A DNA stretch of 64,000 bases, taken from the NCBI GenBank assembly GCA_965213925.1, contig OZ243927.1:1024001-1088000 (forward strand), written 5' to 3'. The position numbers and the translations under genes were made by a program. This document shows positions 18,702 through 29,159 of this stretch, in pieces (the stretch's first letter is position 1; every line of letters begins with the position of its first letter). The notes below the pieces were generated by a model that saw only the letters and a program-made list of their open reading frames with translations, did no database searches and was not told the origin of the DNA. The DNA is from Trueperaceae bacterium (GTDB taxonomy: Bacteria > Deinococcota > Deinococci > Deinococcales > Trueperaceae).

Positions 18702-19799
18702 CTATACCGCTGTGACCTCTGCAGCGACCTCTCGCAGATAGTCCCAGGCGCGTTCTAGGTGCTCGACTGAAACATCGTCGACGAGGCGGGGGTGGCTGGG
18801 GTGCTCGAGCAACACCCACCGCACCTTGTCCACCTTCTTCTTGTCGCGCTCGATGTAGGGCGTGAGTTCCGCTAGAGAGGTTGCGGGAAGGGGTCGCGGT
18901 GAGACCCAGCTCAGAAACGTTCTAACCTCCTCTAAACCGCCCTGCCAGCCGCGCAGATGGGCGAGTCTCGCGGCGTAGAGGAGCCCGTACGTGACGGCCT
19001 CACCGTGCGTGAGACGGTGCTCCGAGTGCGCCTCCAAAGCGTGCGCGAGCGTATGACCTAGATTGAGGTAAGCCCTCACCCCGCCCTCGCGCTCGTCTTG
19101 CGCGACGATATCCGCCTTGACCTGTACTGAACGTCTAATGAGGTCCGCTAAAACGTCGCTCGGTCCGTCCCCGCGAAATCCCTCTCGAGCCATGTCGGTG
19201 AGGATGCTGGGGTCGGCGAGGAGCCCGTGTTTGAACAGTTCGACTGCGCCCCCCTTGAATTCGCGCTCGGGCAGGGTGCGTAAGGTCTCCACGTCTATCA
19301 GAACCTCTTTCGGCTGCCAGAACGCGCCGACCAAGTTTTTGCCCTCTGGCAGATTGACGCCCGTTTTGCCACCCACGCTCGCGTCTACCATCGCCAGGAG
19401 GCTCGTCGGGCAGATATAGAAGTCGATACCGCGCATGAACGACGCCGCCACAAAGCCCGCCAAGTCGCTCACGACGCCGCCACCCAGCGCGACCACCGCG
19501 CCCCTACGGGTAAACCCGTCCTGAATCATCTTACTGAGAAGCGTTTCAAACGTCGAAATAGACTTGCTCGCCTCGCCCGAAGGGACGACGTAGCGCGAGA
19601 CGGTCTTTCCACCTACTTGGAGGCTGCGCTCGACCCGGTCGGCGTAAAGAGGTGCGACGTCAGTATCGCTTATGAGGGCGACACGTTGATGCGCCACAAA
19701 GTCAGCGGTGCGGTCTAAAAGCCCCGCTGCAATCCTCACAGGATAAGTCGGTCGGACGTTGACCTCGACCGTGGCTCCTTGCGCGCGCTCCGTTGTCAT
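18702..19799 (-). CDS. aroB: 3-dehydroquinate synthase
   Basis: GGGVVSDLAGF, PTSLLAMVDASVGGKTGVN, KNLVGAF, LNLGHT.AHA.E. Confidence 0.97.
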   Translation of the reverse strand: MTTERAQGATVEVNVRPTYPVRIAAGLLDRTADFVAHQRVALISDTDVAPLYADRVERSLQVGGKTVSRYVVPSGEASKSISTFETLLSKMIQDGFTRRGAVVALGGGVVSDLAGFVAASFMRGIDFYICPTSLLAMVDASVGGKTGVNLPEGKNLVGAFWQPKEVLIDVETLRTLPEREFKGGAVELFKHGLLADPSILTDMAREGFRGDGPSDVLADLIRRSVQVKADIVAQDEREGGVRAYLNLGHTLAHALEAHSEHRLTHGEAVTYGLLYAARLAHLRGWQGGLEEVRTFLSWVSPRPLPATSLAELTPYIERDKKKVDKVRWVLLEHPSHPRLVDDVSVEHLERAWDYLREVAAEVTAV

Positions 19800-20371
19800 C
19801 TGGCTCTAGCCTCACGAAGTTGCCACAGCTCGCGCACGATCTCCTCGACCACGTCCTCTGAGCGCCGCCCGTCGGTCGAGACTTGCATGGAGCCTGCGTC
19901 GTCGTAGGCCGCCTTGCGCGCGCTCATTAGCTCGCGGATGCGGCCTTCTGGGTTGCCGATTTCCAGAAGAGGACGCTTGTGGCGGCGGGTGCGTTTATAG
20001 ATGGTTTCAGGGCTCGCGGTGAGCACGAGGACCGGGCCGCGACCTTTCAGCATCTGCCTGTTTTCGGGGCGCATGACGGTGCCGCCGCCCGTCGAGATGA
20101 CGACTTCGTCTAAGCGCAGGCAGCGGCGCACGATCTCGGTTTCGTACTCGCGGAAGACCGCTTCACCGTACAGCTCGAAGATGTCGGGGATGCGCATACA
20201 ACTAACGCGCTCGATGACCCTGTCGGTGTCGATGAAGTTCAGGCTCAAGCGCCTCGAGAGTTCCCACCCGATGCGGCTCTTGCCCGTCCCCATAAAGCCT
20301 GCGAGCGCAATCCAGGTCGCAGGACGCTCCAACGTGTGAAGTCTTGACATAGAAGGGACCGCCGTCGACAT
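19796..20371 (-). CDS. aroK: Shikimate kinase
   Basis: GFMGTGKS, F.D.D..IE, GE..FR..E, STGGG, RPLL. Confidence 0.96.
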   Translation of the reverse strand: MSTAVPSMSRLHTLERPATWIALAGFMGTGKSRIGWELSRRLSLNFIDTDRVIERVSCMRIPDIFELYGEAVFREYETEIVRRCLRLDEVVISTGGGTVMRPENRQMLKGRGPVLVLTASPETIYKRTRRHKRPLLEIGNPEGRIRELMSARKAAYDDAGSMQVSTDGRRSEDVVEEIVRELWQLREARAR

Positions 20372-20378
20372 CGCAACG

Positions 20379-21533
20379 TTAGAACGCGCCTACGTAGGCG
20401 CGGTGCGCGCTTACGCGCTCGGTGATCTCGCGCACCGTGTCCGCGCCGAACTTCTCCGTGAGGGCGTCCGCGAGGACAAGGGCGCTCATCGCTAGGAGGA
20501 CGATAGAGGCGGCGGGTACAGCCGTCGTGTCCGAGCGCTCCCTCGCGGCGTCGGCGGGCTCGTGCGTGACGACGTCGACGGTGGGCAGGGGCTTCATCAG
20601 CGTGGCGATGGGTTTCATCGCCGCTCTCACGATGAGGTCTTCGCCGTTGGTGATGCCCGCTTCTAAGCCGCCCGAGCGGTTCGTCTTGCGTCCGTAACCA
20701 CCCTCTTCGCGGTAGATGGCGTCGTGAACCTGACTGCCGGGCACCGTCGCGTTGCGCCAGCCGTCACCAATTTCCACGCCTTTCATCGCCTGAATGCTCA
20801 TGGCGGCTTGCGCCAAGCGTCCGTCCAGCTTGCGGTCCCACTGCGTATGGCTGCCGAGCCCGACGGGTAGCCCTCTAAAGCGCGCCTCGATAATGCCACC
20901 CAACGTGTCCCCGTTCCTCTTCGCGTCGTCGATGCGGCTGATGACCTCTTCCTCCGCCGCTTTATCGAACGCGCGAATCGGGCTCTCGTCGAGCGCGTCT
21001 AGGTTGTCCCAGTCCATACCGCCATCGCAAGGAACGCCCGCTAAGCTTACGACTCTGGCGCAGCCTTGCACGCCCACGGCGTCCAGCAGACGGAGCGCCA
21101 CCGCGCCCGCCGCGACGCGGCTCGCGGTCTCGCGCGCGGAAGCGCGCTCCAACACGTCGCGCAGGTCTTTGTGTCCGTACTTGATGCCGCCCGCTAGGTC
21201 GGCGTGTCCGGGGCGCGCTTCGGTCAGCGCCTTTTTGCGCGGCTCGTTGCCCGGCTCCGGGCTCATGATCTCTTGCCAGTTGCGCCAGTCGCGGTTCTCG
21301 ATCTGTAAGGACAGCGGCGCGCCCGTGGTGCGCCCGGCGCGCACGCCAGCTAAAATCTTAGCGCAGTCGCTCTCGATGACCATACGCCGGCCGCGCCCGT
21401 AGCCACCCTGACGGCGGCGCAGCCAGGGGTCGATGTGCTCGCTCGCGACGAGGTCTAAGCCGGCAGGTACGCCGTCTAAAAGGATAGAGAGGGCAGGTCC
21501 GTGTGATTCGCCTGCGGATAAAAACCTAATCAT
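20379..21533 (-). CDS. aroC: Chorismate synthase
   Basis: AGESHG, RRQGGYGRG.RM, RPGHAD, ERASARETA. Confidence 0.98.
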   Translation of the reverse strand: MIRFLSAGESHGPALSILLDGVPAGLDLVASEHIDPWLRRRQGGYGRGRRMVIESDCAKILAGVRAGRTTGAPLSLQIENRDWRNWQEIMSPEPGNEPRKKALTEARPGHADLAGGIKYGHKDLRDVLERASARETASRVAAGAVALRLLDAVGVQGCARVVSLAGVPCDGGMDWDNLDALDESPIRAFDKAAEEEVISRIDDAKRNGDTLGGIIEARFRGLPVGLGSHTQWDRKLDGRLAQAAMSIQAMKGVEIGDGWRNATVPGSQVHDAIYREEGGYGRKTNRSGGLEAGITNGEDLIVRAAMKPIATLMKPLPTVDVVTHEPADAARERSDTTAVPAASIVLLAMSALVLADALTEKFGADTVREITERVSAHRAYVGAF

Positions 21534-21725
21534 TTTTATAGCCTAGCACGTTATGTGGAGGGTCAAAAGAAGGCGCGCCACCTCACGTACGCAGGGCGCT
21601 CTAAGTCCTCTAACGAATGAGATATTGCACGAGAGACAGCGGCAAAGAGGTCAAGAGCGACGCTGCTGAGATAGCGCTGTCTAGCGAAGGTCCCCTCGAT
21701 AACTTGTAGAATTTACCGAAAGTCC

Positions 21726-21757
21726 AAAAGAAAAACCCCCTCCGATGAGGAGAGGGT
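21726..21757 (-). terminator. Probable terminator after pilQ
   Basis: ACCCTCTCC..GGAGGGGGT followed by TTTTCTTTT on the minus strand. Confidence 0.6.
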
Positions 21758-21776
21758 CAAGCGACTTGACTGAGAC

Positions 21777-23282
21777 TTACTCGAGCACGTCCGCCGTCAC
21801 GATAAGGAGCAGTTCGCCGTTGCTCTCTTCGGTCGTCGTGCTGCTGAAAAGGCTGCCGACGATGGGCAAGCTGCCTAGAAGGGGCACGCGCGAGACCGCG
21901 TCGCGCAGTTCGTTCTGCATAAGACCGCCCAACACGATGGTCTGTCCCGGTGCGAGCGTCACTTGCGAGTTGACGTTGCGCGTCGAGATGTTGAGGAAAC
22001 TCGGGTCGTTCGTCTCGGACACGAGCGTTTCGACTTTGGCGTCTACGTCTAGGGTTACGTCGCCGTTATTCGAAATCTGCGGGCTGACCTCGATCTGCAC
22101 GCCGTAAGGGATTTCGCGCTCGACGTTGGTGCCGTCTGTGCCGGGCAAGGTGATGTAGATTGTGCCGCCCGACTGCAAGTTGCCGGTGCCGTTGTTTCTC
22201 ACAGTGAGGTTGCTGTCGTCGACACGGCGCGCGAGGCCCTGCCGCTCCAAGGTGTTGAGCGCCGCGTCCAAGTTGAGGCCAGTGATGGCTTTTTGCGCGT
22301 CGAAGACGAAGTCGAGCCCGGTTTCTAAAAGGGTTGTGGAGAACGCGCCTATGCTCGCGTTCAAGTTAAAGCCTAGTTCCTGCGCGGCGTTCGTGGTGAT
22401 CTCTTGGATGCGCACCTGGATGTTGACCTGCTGCTGCGGCTGGTCGAGTTCGCTGATGAGCGACTGAATCTCGCTCTGAATCACCTCGGGCGCGGTGACG
22501 ACGATGCGGTTCGAGCGGGCGTCGGCGGCGATGGTGATGTCGCTCGAGCGCACCACGGAGTTGGTCTGCGTGCCCGTGCTCTGGTTGTCTTCTGCGTCGC
22601 TTGAGCCGTCTTCTACGGTGGGGGTCTCCTCTTCGTCGGTGATGATGGTCTGCTCTAAGACCTCTTTAAGCTCTTCGGCTTTGGCGTACGAGAGCGGGTA
22701 GGCGCGTCTCACCGAGAGGGCGGCTTGCGGGTCGAAGCGCCTCAACACCTCGGCGACGACCTCTTGCTGCGCTTCGGTGGCGCGCACCGAGAGGAGCCCG
22801 GTCTCGTCGAAGGCGCTGACGCTAACCATGTCGCGCTCCGCGAACTGGCTGTCCAACACGTCTTTGAGTTCGCTAGGGACCTTCGTGACGGGGTAGATGC
22901 GCACGATAGTGGGCGCGACTTCCTCGGCGGGGCGCAAGCCCGCGAGCGAGGCGGGCGTGCCGACGACGATGATGTCGTTCTCGAGCAAGACGTAGTCGAG
23001 GTTGTTGAGCGTCAAGACGAGGTTCCAGACCTGTCTAAAGGGCTTGGGCGAGCCGATATCGTACGTAATCGTCTTGTCGGGCACGTCGTCGACGAGCGCG
23101 GTCAAGTCGACCGAACGAGCGAGCGCGCTGATCATCATGCGGAGCGACTCGCCGCCGTTAGTCGTCTGGAATTCGACCGGCTGGTCGAACCTGCTGCTGT
23201 CGGGGAGGGGCGTAACCTGCGCGCTGGCGAGGGAGAGCGCCAGACCGAGGAGGAGGGTTAAAAGGATACGTTTCATGATCAC
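21777..23282 (-). CDS. pilQ: Type IV pilus / competence secretin
   Basis: Signal peptide, N3-like repeats, secretin C-domain (GGLM, VPLLGSLPIVGSLF, ELLLIVT); last gene of the pilM operon. Confidence 0.9.
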   Translation of the reverse strand: MIMKRILLTLLLGLALSLASAQVTPLPDSSRFDQPVEFQTTNGGESLRMMISALARSVDLTALVDDVPDKTITYDIGSPKPFRQVWNLVLTLNNLDYVLLENDIIVVGTPASLAGLRPAEEVAPTIVRIYPVTKVPSELKDVLDSQFAERDMVSVSAFDETGLLSVRATEAQQEVVAEVLRRFDPQAALSVRRAYPLSYAKAEELKEVLEQTIITDEEETPTVEDGSSDAEDNQSTGTQTNSVVRSSDITIAADARSNRIVVTAPEVIQSEIQSLISELDQPQQQVNIQVRIQEITTNAAQELGFNLNASIGAFSTTLLETGLDFVFDAQKAITGLNLDAALNTLERQGLARRVDDSNLTVRNNGTGNLQSGGTIYITLPGTDGTNVEREIPYGVQIEVSPQISNNGDVTLDVDAKVETLVSETNDPSFLNISTRNVNSQVTLAPGQTIVLGGLMQNELRDAVSRVPLLGSLPIVGSLFSSTTTEESNGELLLIVTADVLE

Positions 23283-24229
23283 CGCCTGGGGTCGAGAATC
23301 AGGAGTTGGGAATCGTTCTCCTGCGTGAGTTCGGCTTGCTGACCGGTGAGGTCGGTAAGCACGATGTCCGTGTTGGGTAAGGTTTGTCCGAGTGGGACGA
23401 GGAAGGGAGCGGAGGCGTCTGCTGAGCGGAAGACGCCGACGCTGACCGGACCTAGCACTGCGCCCGTAAATGTTATCTCTCGGTCGCGCAAGTAGAGGCT
23501 GAGAGAGGTCGAGCCTGCCGCTAAGGGGGTTTCTTCGCCGCTCGCGAGAGGGTTCTCCGCCCGCTGTACGTTTACAGGTGTGCTGAGCGCCGTTTTCAAG
23601 ACGTCGGGCGTGCTCGCGAGCGTGCCGTTTGGCAGCGAGCGCGGCAAGCGCGACGCGCTGAACGTACCGCTCGGCGTCCGAGCGCTCGGGACAGGCGCGC
23701 GGCGCGGGGTCGGCGCGACTGCGACCTGCGGTTCGGGCTTCACGGGTACGTCGGTAATCCGCTGACCCGCGTTCGGATCGGTCTGAGGTTTCGGCGCTTC
23801 CGCCACGACGAGCGGCGAGAAGGGGTTGACCGAGGCGCGTTGGCTGCGGCTTGCCTGCGTGGTCGGCATCTGACCTGTTTGCGTGTCGAAGTCTATGTCG
23901 GCAACGTCCGTTTCGGGCGCGGTGGGTGGCGCGGTGACGAGGAAGGGGAGCTGGGCGATCTCTAGGTCTCGAGCGACCCTGGGCTCGTCCACCTCGCTGC
24001 CTGCTTGTCCTTGTATCCGACCTTCGGCTTGCTCTGGCGAAAGCGGCGCGACGTTGGCGCTGTTTGCCCCGTTCGCGCTGTTCGCGCGCTCGCGGCTAGG
24101 TACAGTGCTCACCGTGGTGGGCGTAGCTGCTGGTTCGCCGAACTGTGTAGCGAAGTGTAGCCCAGCAAAGCCGAGCCCCAGTACCCCAAAGACGGCGAGA
24201 AGGATGCGGGCTTCTTTAGATAACGTCAC
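23279..24229 (-). CDS. PilW-like (Thermus-type) pilus/competence protein
   Basis: N-terminal TM, Pro-rich middle with NPFSPL, located between pilO and pilQ as in Thermus pilMNOWQ. Confidence 0.65.
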   Translation of the reverse strand: MTLSKEARILLAVFGVLGLGFAGLHFATQFGEPAATPTTVSTVPSRERANSANGANSANVAPLSPEQAEGRIQGQAGSEVDEPRVARDLEIAQLPFLVTAPPTAPETDVADIDFDTQTGQMPTTQASRSQRASVNPFSPLVVAEAPKPQTDPNAGQRITDVPVKPEPQVAVAPTPRRAPVPSARTPSGTFSASRLPRSLPNGTLASTPDVLKTALSTPVNVQRAENPLASGEETPLAAGSTSLSLYLRDREITFTGAVLGPVSVGVFRSADASAPFLVPLGQTLPNTDIVLTDLTGQQAELTQENDSQLLILDPRR

Positions 24230-24855
24230 CGTCTCACCTCCGCACGTGAACCGCTCTCTATCGTCGCTGGCTCCACGTCGTCGCCTGTAAAGACGTAGAC
24301 GGTGAAATCGTAGTCCGCGCCTAGCATGGGGTCTTTCGAGTCCTGATCGTTGACCGAGAAACCGACCTGCCGAATTTTGGTAAAGCGGCGCAGGCTCTCC
24401 AAAGTCTGCAAGAAGTCGATCGTTTCGACGTAGGTGCCTTCGGTCGCCATGCTGAACCCGAGCGGACGAACGCCCTGTATGTCTTCGCCGCGCGCACCGG
24501 TGCTCTGCAGCGCCTCGAAGGTGACGCCCGCCTCGTCAGCGGCGTCTCTAAGCTGCTCGAGCAGTTGCGCGACTTCCTTTTCACGAGGAAGCTGGGCTAA
24601 GAAGGCGCGCCTGTCCGCCTCCAACTGCGCGACCGCTTCGCGCAACTGGGGCAAGTTCGCCCGCGCCGCCTCGCCGCGCCGAATCTGCACCTCTAAGCGG
24701 GCGATCTCTTCGTTGAGTTCCGTGATGCGCTCTTGCGCCGACGAGTAGGGGTAGAAGTACCAGAATGCGCCGACGAGCGCGGTGAGGACAACCACGGCGA
24801 GCGCGATGTCGCGCTGGCGCAGGTTGCGCAGTTTGAAGTTCTGAAGTGCGTTCAT
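24226..24855 (-). CDS. pilO: Type IV pilus assembly protein PilO
   Basis: TM + coiled coil, LP...EV..LL, G.Y....FL..LE.L.R. Confidence 0.9.
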   Translation of the reverse strand: MNALQNFKLRNLRQRDIALAVVVLTALVGAFWYFYPYSSAQERITELNEEIARLEVQIRRGEAARANLPQLREAVAQLEADRRAFLAQLPREKEVAQLLEQLRDAADEAGVTFEALQSTGARGEDIQGVRPLGFSMATEGTYVETIDFLQTLESLRRFTKIRQVGFSVNDQDSKDPMLGADYDFTVYVFTGDDVEPATIESGSRAEVRR

Positions 24856-25514
24856 GGTGTGACCTCCGCACTCGCCTCGTCGTCCATTTGTCCTACAGCG
24901 GCTGCGCCGACCGTCAAACTGAACGTGTAAAGGTCGCCGTCGCCCTCCCTCGAGGTATCCCTAAAAGACACGCCGAAACGCGGCGAATCTTGAAGTTGGC
25001 GGATGTAGTCCGCGAGAATCTCGGTGCTGCCCGCCGTGCCTTGAATGTCCATCTCGGCGACGACGTCGACGCCTTCGTAGGTGTCGTCATTGCTGAGGCG
25101 GTTTCTAGCGCCCGCGTCTAAAGCGTTTAAGTCGAGGCTGTCGAAGGCGATGCGCGAGTCCACCCCTGCGCCTTGAGCCGGGAGCGTCTCCAACATGGCG
25201 AAAATCTGCTCCGACCAGACGATGCGGCCTTCCCTTACGGCGTTAGCAATGCCTATAAGCTCAGCGAGTTCGCGCTGGCGCGCTTGCAATTCGTTCTGTT
25301 CTTGGACGTAAGGGCGCAGCAGCTCGAGCCGCTCCTCGCGCTCGACCTTGGTCTCCGCGAGTTGCCGCTCGGTCTGGAGGACCGAAAACTGCATCATGCC
25401 GATTACGGCTAAGACGAGAACAGGAAAGGCCACGGCGATGAGTCGCCAGTAGCCCGGCTCGCGCCGCCGCTGCAAGTTCTTAGGTAAGAGGTTGACGTTA
25501 ATCAAGGCCGTCAA
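24852..25514 (-). CDS. pilN: Type IV pilus assembly protein PilN
   Basis: N-terminal VNLLP PilM-binding motif, TM, coiled coil. Confidence 0.9.
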   Translation of the reverse strand: MTALINVNLLPKNLQRRREPGYWRLIAVAFPVLVLAVIGMMQFSVLQTERQLAETKVEREERLELLRPYVQEQNELQARQRELAELIGIANAVREGRIVWSEQIFAMLETLPAQGAGVDSRIAFDSLDLNALDAGARNRLSNDDTYEGVDVVAEMDIQGTAGSTEILADYIRQLQDSPRFGVSFRDTSREGDGDLYTFSLTVGAAAVGQMDDEASAEVTP

Positions 25515-26685
25515 CTCCTCTAAGTGCTAAGCCAATCGGCACGGCGAATTCCGGACCGACGCGGCGCAAGTGGTCCGCTTCGAAACGTCCGCCGCTCGTG
25601 TCCACGGTGAGCCAGGGGTCGCCAAGCTCGACGCGGAAGCCGAGCGCGTCGCTGATCGCTTCGGGTAGGCCGCGCAGCTTCGCGCCGCCGCCCGTGATGA
25701 GCATCCGGTGGATGTCCGCGTCGCCCGCTTGGACCCGGAAAAATTCCAGGCTGCGGCGAATCTCGGTGGTGAGTTCGACTAAAACGGGACGGAGCGCTTC
25801 GTAGACGCGGCCAGGGCTATACTGCTCTCGCTTCGCGTCGAAGTTTAAGAGTTCTTCCTCGTCGTCCGTCGGGATGGTCGCGGTGCCGTAATCCACCTTG
25901 ATCTCTTCCGCCGAGTCGAAGTCGAGACCGAAGGCGCGTTGTAGCGCCGCGGTGAAGTCGTCGCCCGACACGCCGATGTTGCGGTTCATCAGGACGCGCT
26001 GACCACGCACGAGCGTAATGGTTGTGCTGGACGCCGCGATTTCCAAAACCACGCCGATCTCTTCCGCTTCGGTGTAGAACACCCCCGTGAGGTTCGTCTT
26101 GTTGAGGTGCTCGCCTAAAAGCGCACCCTTGAGCGAGTGCAGCAGGGCGAAAGGGCGTACGTCGATAATGATGGGCTCTAGTCCTGCTAACTTGAGGTAG
26201 TCGACTTGCTGCGTCACCATGTCCAAACGCGCCGCCGAAATGACGACCTCCAACTGACCGTCATCTTCGACATCGGTAGGGTTGTCGAGGACGTAGTAGT
26301 CGAGCACGACCTCGTCGATAGGGTAGGGGATGTAGCGCTCCGCTTCCCACTTGATGGCCTCGTCCAACTCCTCTAAGGACATCTTAGGAACGTGGATGTT
26401 GCGGGTGATCGCCAGCCGGTTGCTGACCGCCGCTACCACAAAGTGTTTAGTGATGTTCGCCTCTTCGAATAACGCCTTGATCTCAACGGCAAGACCTTCG
26501 GCGTCTAGCACCTGATCGTCTTGGATGAGACCGGGGGGCATCGGACGAATCGCAAGGGATTGAAGGCTCGGAGGGGTACCGGCACGCAACTCAACAACCT
26601 TGAGAGCGCTGGTTCCAATCTCGAGACCAACCGCTTCGATTCGTGGATTAAAGAGGCGCGAGACCGATTCGCGCAATGAAGCCAT
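25498..26685 (-). CDS. pilM: Type IV pilus assembly protein PilM
   Basis: GLEIGTSALK.V.L, EAERYIPYP, EIRRSLEFF, ITGGGAKL.GL, GLALRG. Confidence 0.95.
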   Translation of the reverse strand: MASLRESVSRLFNPRIEAVGLEIGTSALKVVELRAGTPPSLQSLAIRPMPPGLIQDDQVLDAEGLAVEIKALFEEANITKHFVVAAVSNRLAITRNIHVPKMSLEELDEAIKWEAERYIPYPIDEVVLDYYVLDNPTDVEDDGQLEVVISAARLDMVTQQVDYLKLAGLEPIIIDVRPFALLHSLKGALLGEHLNKTNLTGVFYTEAEEIGVVLEIAASSTTITLVRGQRVLMNRNIGVSGDDFTAALQRAFGLDFDSAEEIKVDYGTATIPTDDEEELLNFDAKREQYSPGRVYEALRPVLVELTTEIRRSLEFFRVQAGDADIHRMLITGGGAKLRGLPEAISDALGFRVELGDPWLTVDTSGGRFEADHLRRVGPEFAVPIGLALRGVDGLD

Positions 26686-27013
26686 AGTGTTCCCTCCTTG
26701 AGAACTTAGGGAACTTTAGCAACGGCTCCGCGCCTTTAGGGTAAAGTTTTTCCCGCACGAAGAATGAAGTGTTATTTCTTACTGTAGCAGGTATTATCTG
26801 GTCAGCTACACCCTCACTAAAAAGGAAATTGTTTAGCACGCACTTTAGGTGATGAAGTCCCGCTAGCCTTAACAGGCTGAGATTTGCGGAGAAGTGTTGC
26901 TGCGCATGGCTTCGCCCAAGCAACGATAAGTGCAAATGCTGTAAAAACGCCTGTCCGAGGGTGTTCCTAAGCTCTCGAGGCGAGTTCACTAACCAGAAAA
27001 CCCACCACGACGC

Positions 27014-27045
27014 AAAGAAAAAAAGCTGCGCAGATCATGCGCAGC
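27014..27045 (-). terminator. Terminator after ftsH
   Basis: GCTGCGCA/TGCGCAGC stem followed by T7 on the minus strand. Confidence 0.8.
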
Positions 27046-27068
27046 CAGTCAGGAGATTCTCGTGAGGT

Positions 27069-28976
27069 TTAGCCCGGCTTAGGCATCATGCCGGGGGGCA
27101 ATAGCGGACCTTTCGAGGGCTTGTCAGATTTAGGCGCGGGGGTATGCGCAGGCGCGTCTTTCGCTAGCATGTCGCCGCTATCTAAAGGCGGCAGCGTCTC
27201 GCCGCGCATGAGCATCGCAAACTCATCCGCGTGGAGCGTCTCGCGCTCTAAAAGCACCTCGACAATCGTCTCTAAAACCTCGCGCTGCTCCTCTAACATG
27301 TCGATGATGCGGCTGTACTGCGCGTCGATAATCGACTTGACCTCGGTGTCGATGACTTTGGCGGTCTCTTCGCTGTAGGTACGTGCGCCCTCCATCTCGC
27401 CTAAGTAGGAGTCGCTCGAGCTGGAGAGTGCAATTTTGCCGAGCACGTCGCTCATGCCCCAGCGCGTCACCATCCGCATGGCGATATCCGTCGCTTGCTG
27501 AAAGTCGTTCTGCGCGCCCGTCGTGACATCTTGAAAGATGATCTCCTCAGTCGCGCGTCCTGCTAGCGCCACGCCGATGCGGTCTAGAAGCGCTAAGCGT
27601 GTAACCGAGACGCGATCTTCGTCAGGAAACTGCATCACATAGCCGAGCGCGCGTCCGCGCGGCACGATAGTGATCTTATGAACGGGGTCAGCGCGTTCTA
27701 AAAGTTGCGCCGCGAGCGCGTGTCCCGCTTCGTGATACGCCGTAACCTTCTTCTCGCGGTCACTGATGACGCGGCTGCGCCGCTCCGGTCCCATTACGAC
27801 GCGGTCTGCCGCTTCGTCTAAGTCAGGTGAGAGAATCTCCTTGCGACTCGCTCTCGCCGCAACCAAAGCCGCTTCGTTGATGAGGTTTTCTAAATCCGCT
27901 CCGACGAAGCCGGGAGTACGTCTAGCAACAGTGTGAAGGTCAACATTTTTTGCGAGGGGCTTGCCCCGCGCGTGAATGCGCAAAATTGCCTCGCGCCCTT
28001 TCACGTCAGGTGCGTCTACGACGACCTGTCTATCGAAACGACCAGGTCGCAAGAGTGCGGGGTCCAAAACGTCGGGGCGGTTGGTTGCCGCGATAATGAT
28101 GATGTCGTGTTTTGACTCAAAGCCGTCCATCTCAACGAGGAGGGCGTTCAGGGTTTGCTCGCGCTCGTCGTTGCCGCCATTGACGTTCATACCGCGCCGC
28201 CGCCCCACCGCGTCGATCTCATCAATAAATACGATACAGGGCGCGCTCTTCTTCGCATTTTCAAAGAGGTCGCGCACCCTCGCTGCGCCGACACCCACGA
28301 ACATCTCTACAAAATCCGAGCCGGAGATGCTGAAAAAAGGTACCTTCGCCTCGCCCGCCACGGCTTTCGCGAGGTGCGTTTTGCCCGACCCTGGCGGTCC
28401 GACCATCAGCACGCCGTGGGGAATGCGCGCGCCCAGCGCGTGAAACTTGCTGGGGTTCTTGAGAAATTCCACTACTTCGAAGAGGTCATTTTTCGCCTCC
28501 TCGACGCCCGCGACGTCCTTAAAGAGCGTCTGCGAGTTCTCTTCGGTGATCATGCGGGCTTTCGATTTGCCGAACTGCATTGCGCCGTCACCGCCGCCGC
28601 GCATTCCGCGCATCAAGTACCACAAAAAGCCGATCATCAGCAAAATTGGCAAAAGGGTGATCAGAATGCCGCCCCAGTTGTTGCCTGGTGGGGCAACGTT
28701 GACTTCGATGCCCTGGTCGCTGAAGCGCTCCAACGCCTCGGTCGTCAGCGGCGCTGAAATATTCGTCACGTACTCTTCGTCGCCGCGCGTGGTGACAACG
28801 ATCTCGTTTTCTTTGACTAAAATCTCTCTGACCGAGTTGTTGGTTACTTGGTCCCTAAAATAGCTGTAGGGCTGGGTGTCGCCACTGTTTCTAGCGTTGT
28901 TTTGTGAAGCGACAAAAATGACAAGTCCTAAGACAGCGGCGGCAATGAGCAAGCTGCGTACTGGAAATTTCCCCAT
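27069..28976 (-). CDS. ftsH: ATP-dependent zinc metalloprotease FtsH (copy 1)
   Basis: Two TMs, [44 protein letters not shown]. Confidence 0.97.
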   Translation of the reverse strand: MGKFPVRSLLIAAAVLGLVIFVASQNNARNSGDTQPYSYFRDQVTNNSVREILVKENEIVVTTRGDEEYVTNISAPLTTEALERFSDQGIEVNVAPPGNNWGGILITLLPILLMIGFLWYLMRGMRGGGDGAMQFGKSKARMITEENSQTLFKDVAGVEEAKNDLFEVVEFLKNPSKFHALGARIPHGVLMVGPPGSGKTHLAKAVAGEAKVPFFSISGSDFVEMFVGVGAARVRDLFENAKKSAPCIVFIDEIDAVGRRRGMNVNGGNDEREQTLNALLVEMDGFESKHDIIIIAATNRPDVLDPALLRPGRFDRQVVVDAPDVKGREAILRIHARGKPLAKNVDLHTVARRTPGFVGADLENLINEAALVAARASRKEILSPDLDEAADRVVMGPERRSRVISDREKKVTAYHEAGHALAAQLLERADPVHKITIVPRGRALGYVMQFPDEDRVSVTRLALLDRIGVALAGRATEEIIFQDVTTGAQNDFQQATDIAMRMVTRWGMSDVLGKIALSSSSDSYLGEMEGARTYSEETAKVIDTEVKSIIDAQYSRIIDMLEEQREVLETIVEVLLERETLHADEFAMLMRGETLPPLDSGDMLAKDAPAHTPAPKSDKPSKGPLLPPGMMPKPG

Positions 28977-29159
28977 AGTCTAGTTTACTCCTTTAAGCCC
29001 GTGAGGGTGTGTAAGCGGATGCTATCTAGGACACTCTTCAAGACGGGATGAGCGTCACGCTAGCGCCGCAGATAGACGTTACGTCCATCCTAATACGGCG
29101 CTAATGTGATACGACGTACAGTTGAACATCATGTCGCTTTTGCGAAGCCGGCTGAACCC

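Noticed and set aside
26690..27000. Possible c-di-GMP riboswitch in the pilM leader, and ORF 26648..26989
   Set aside because: No class I or class II consensus found by eye. The ORF looks spurious, and pilM has its own AAGGAGG RBS.
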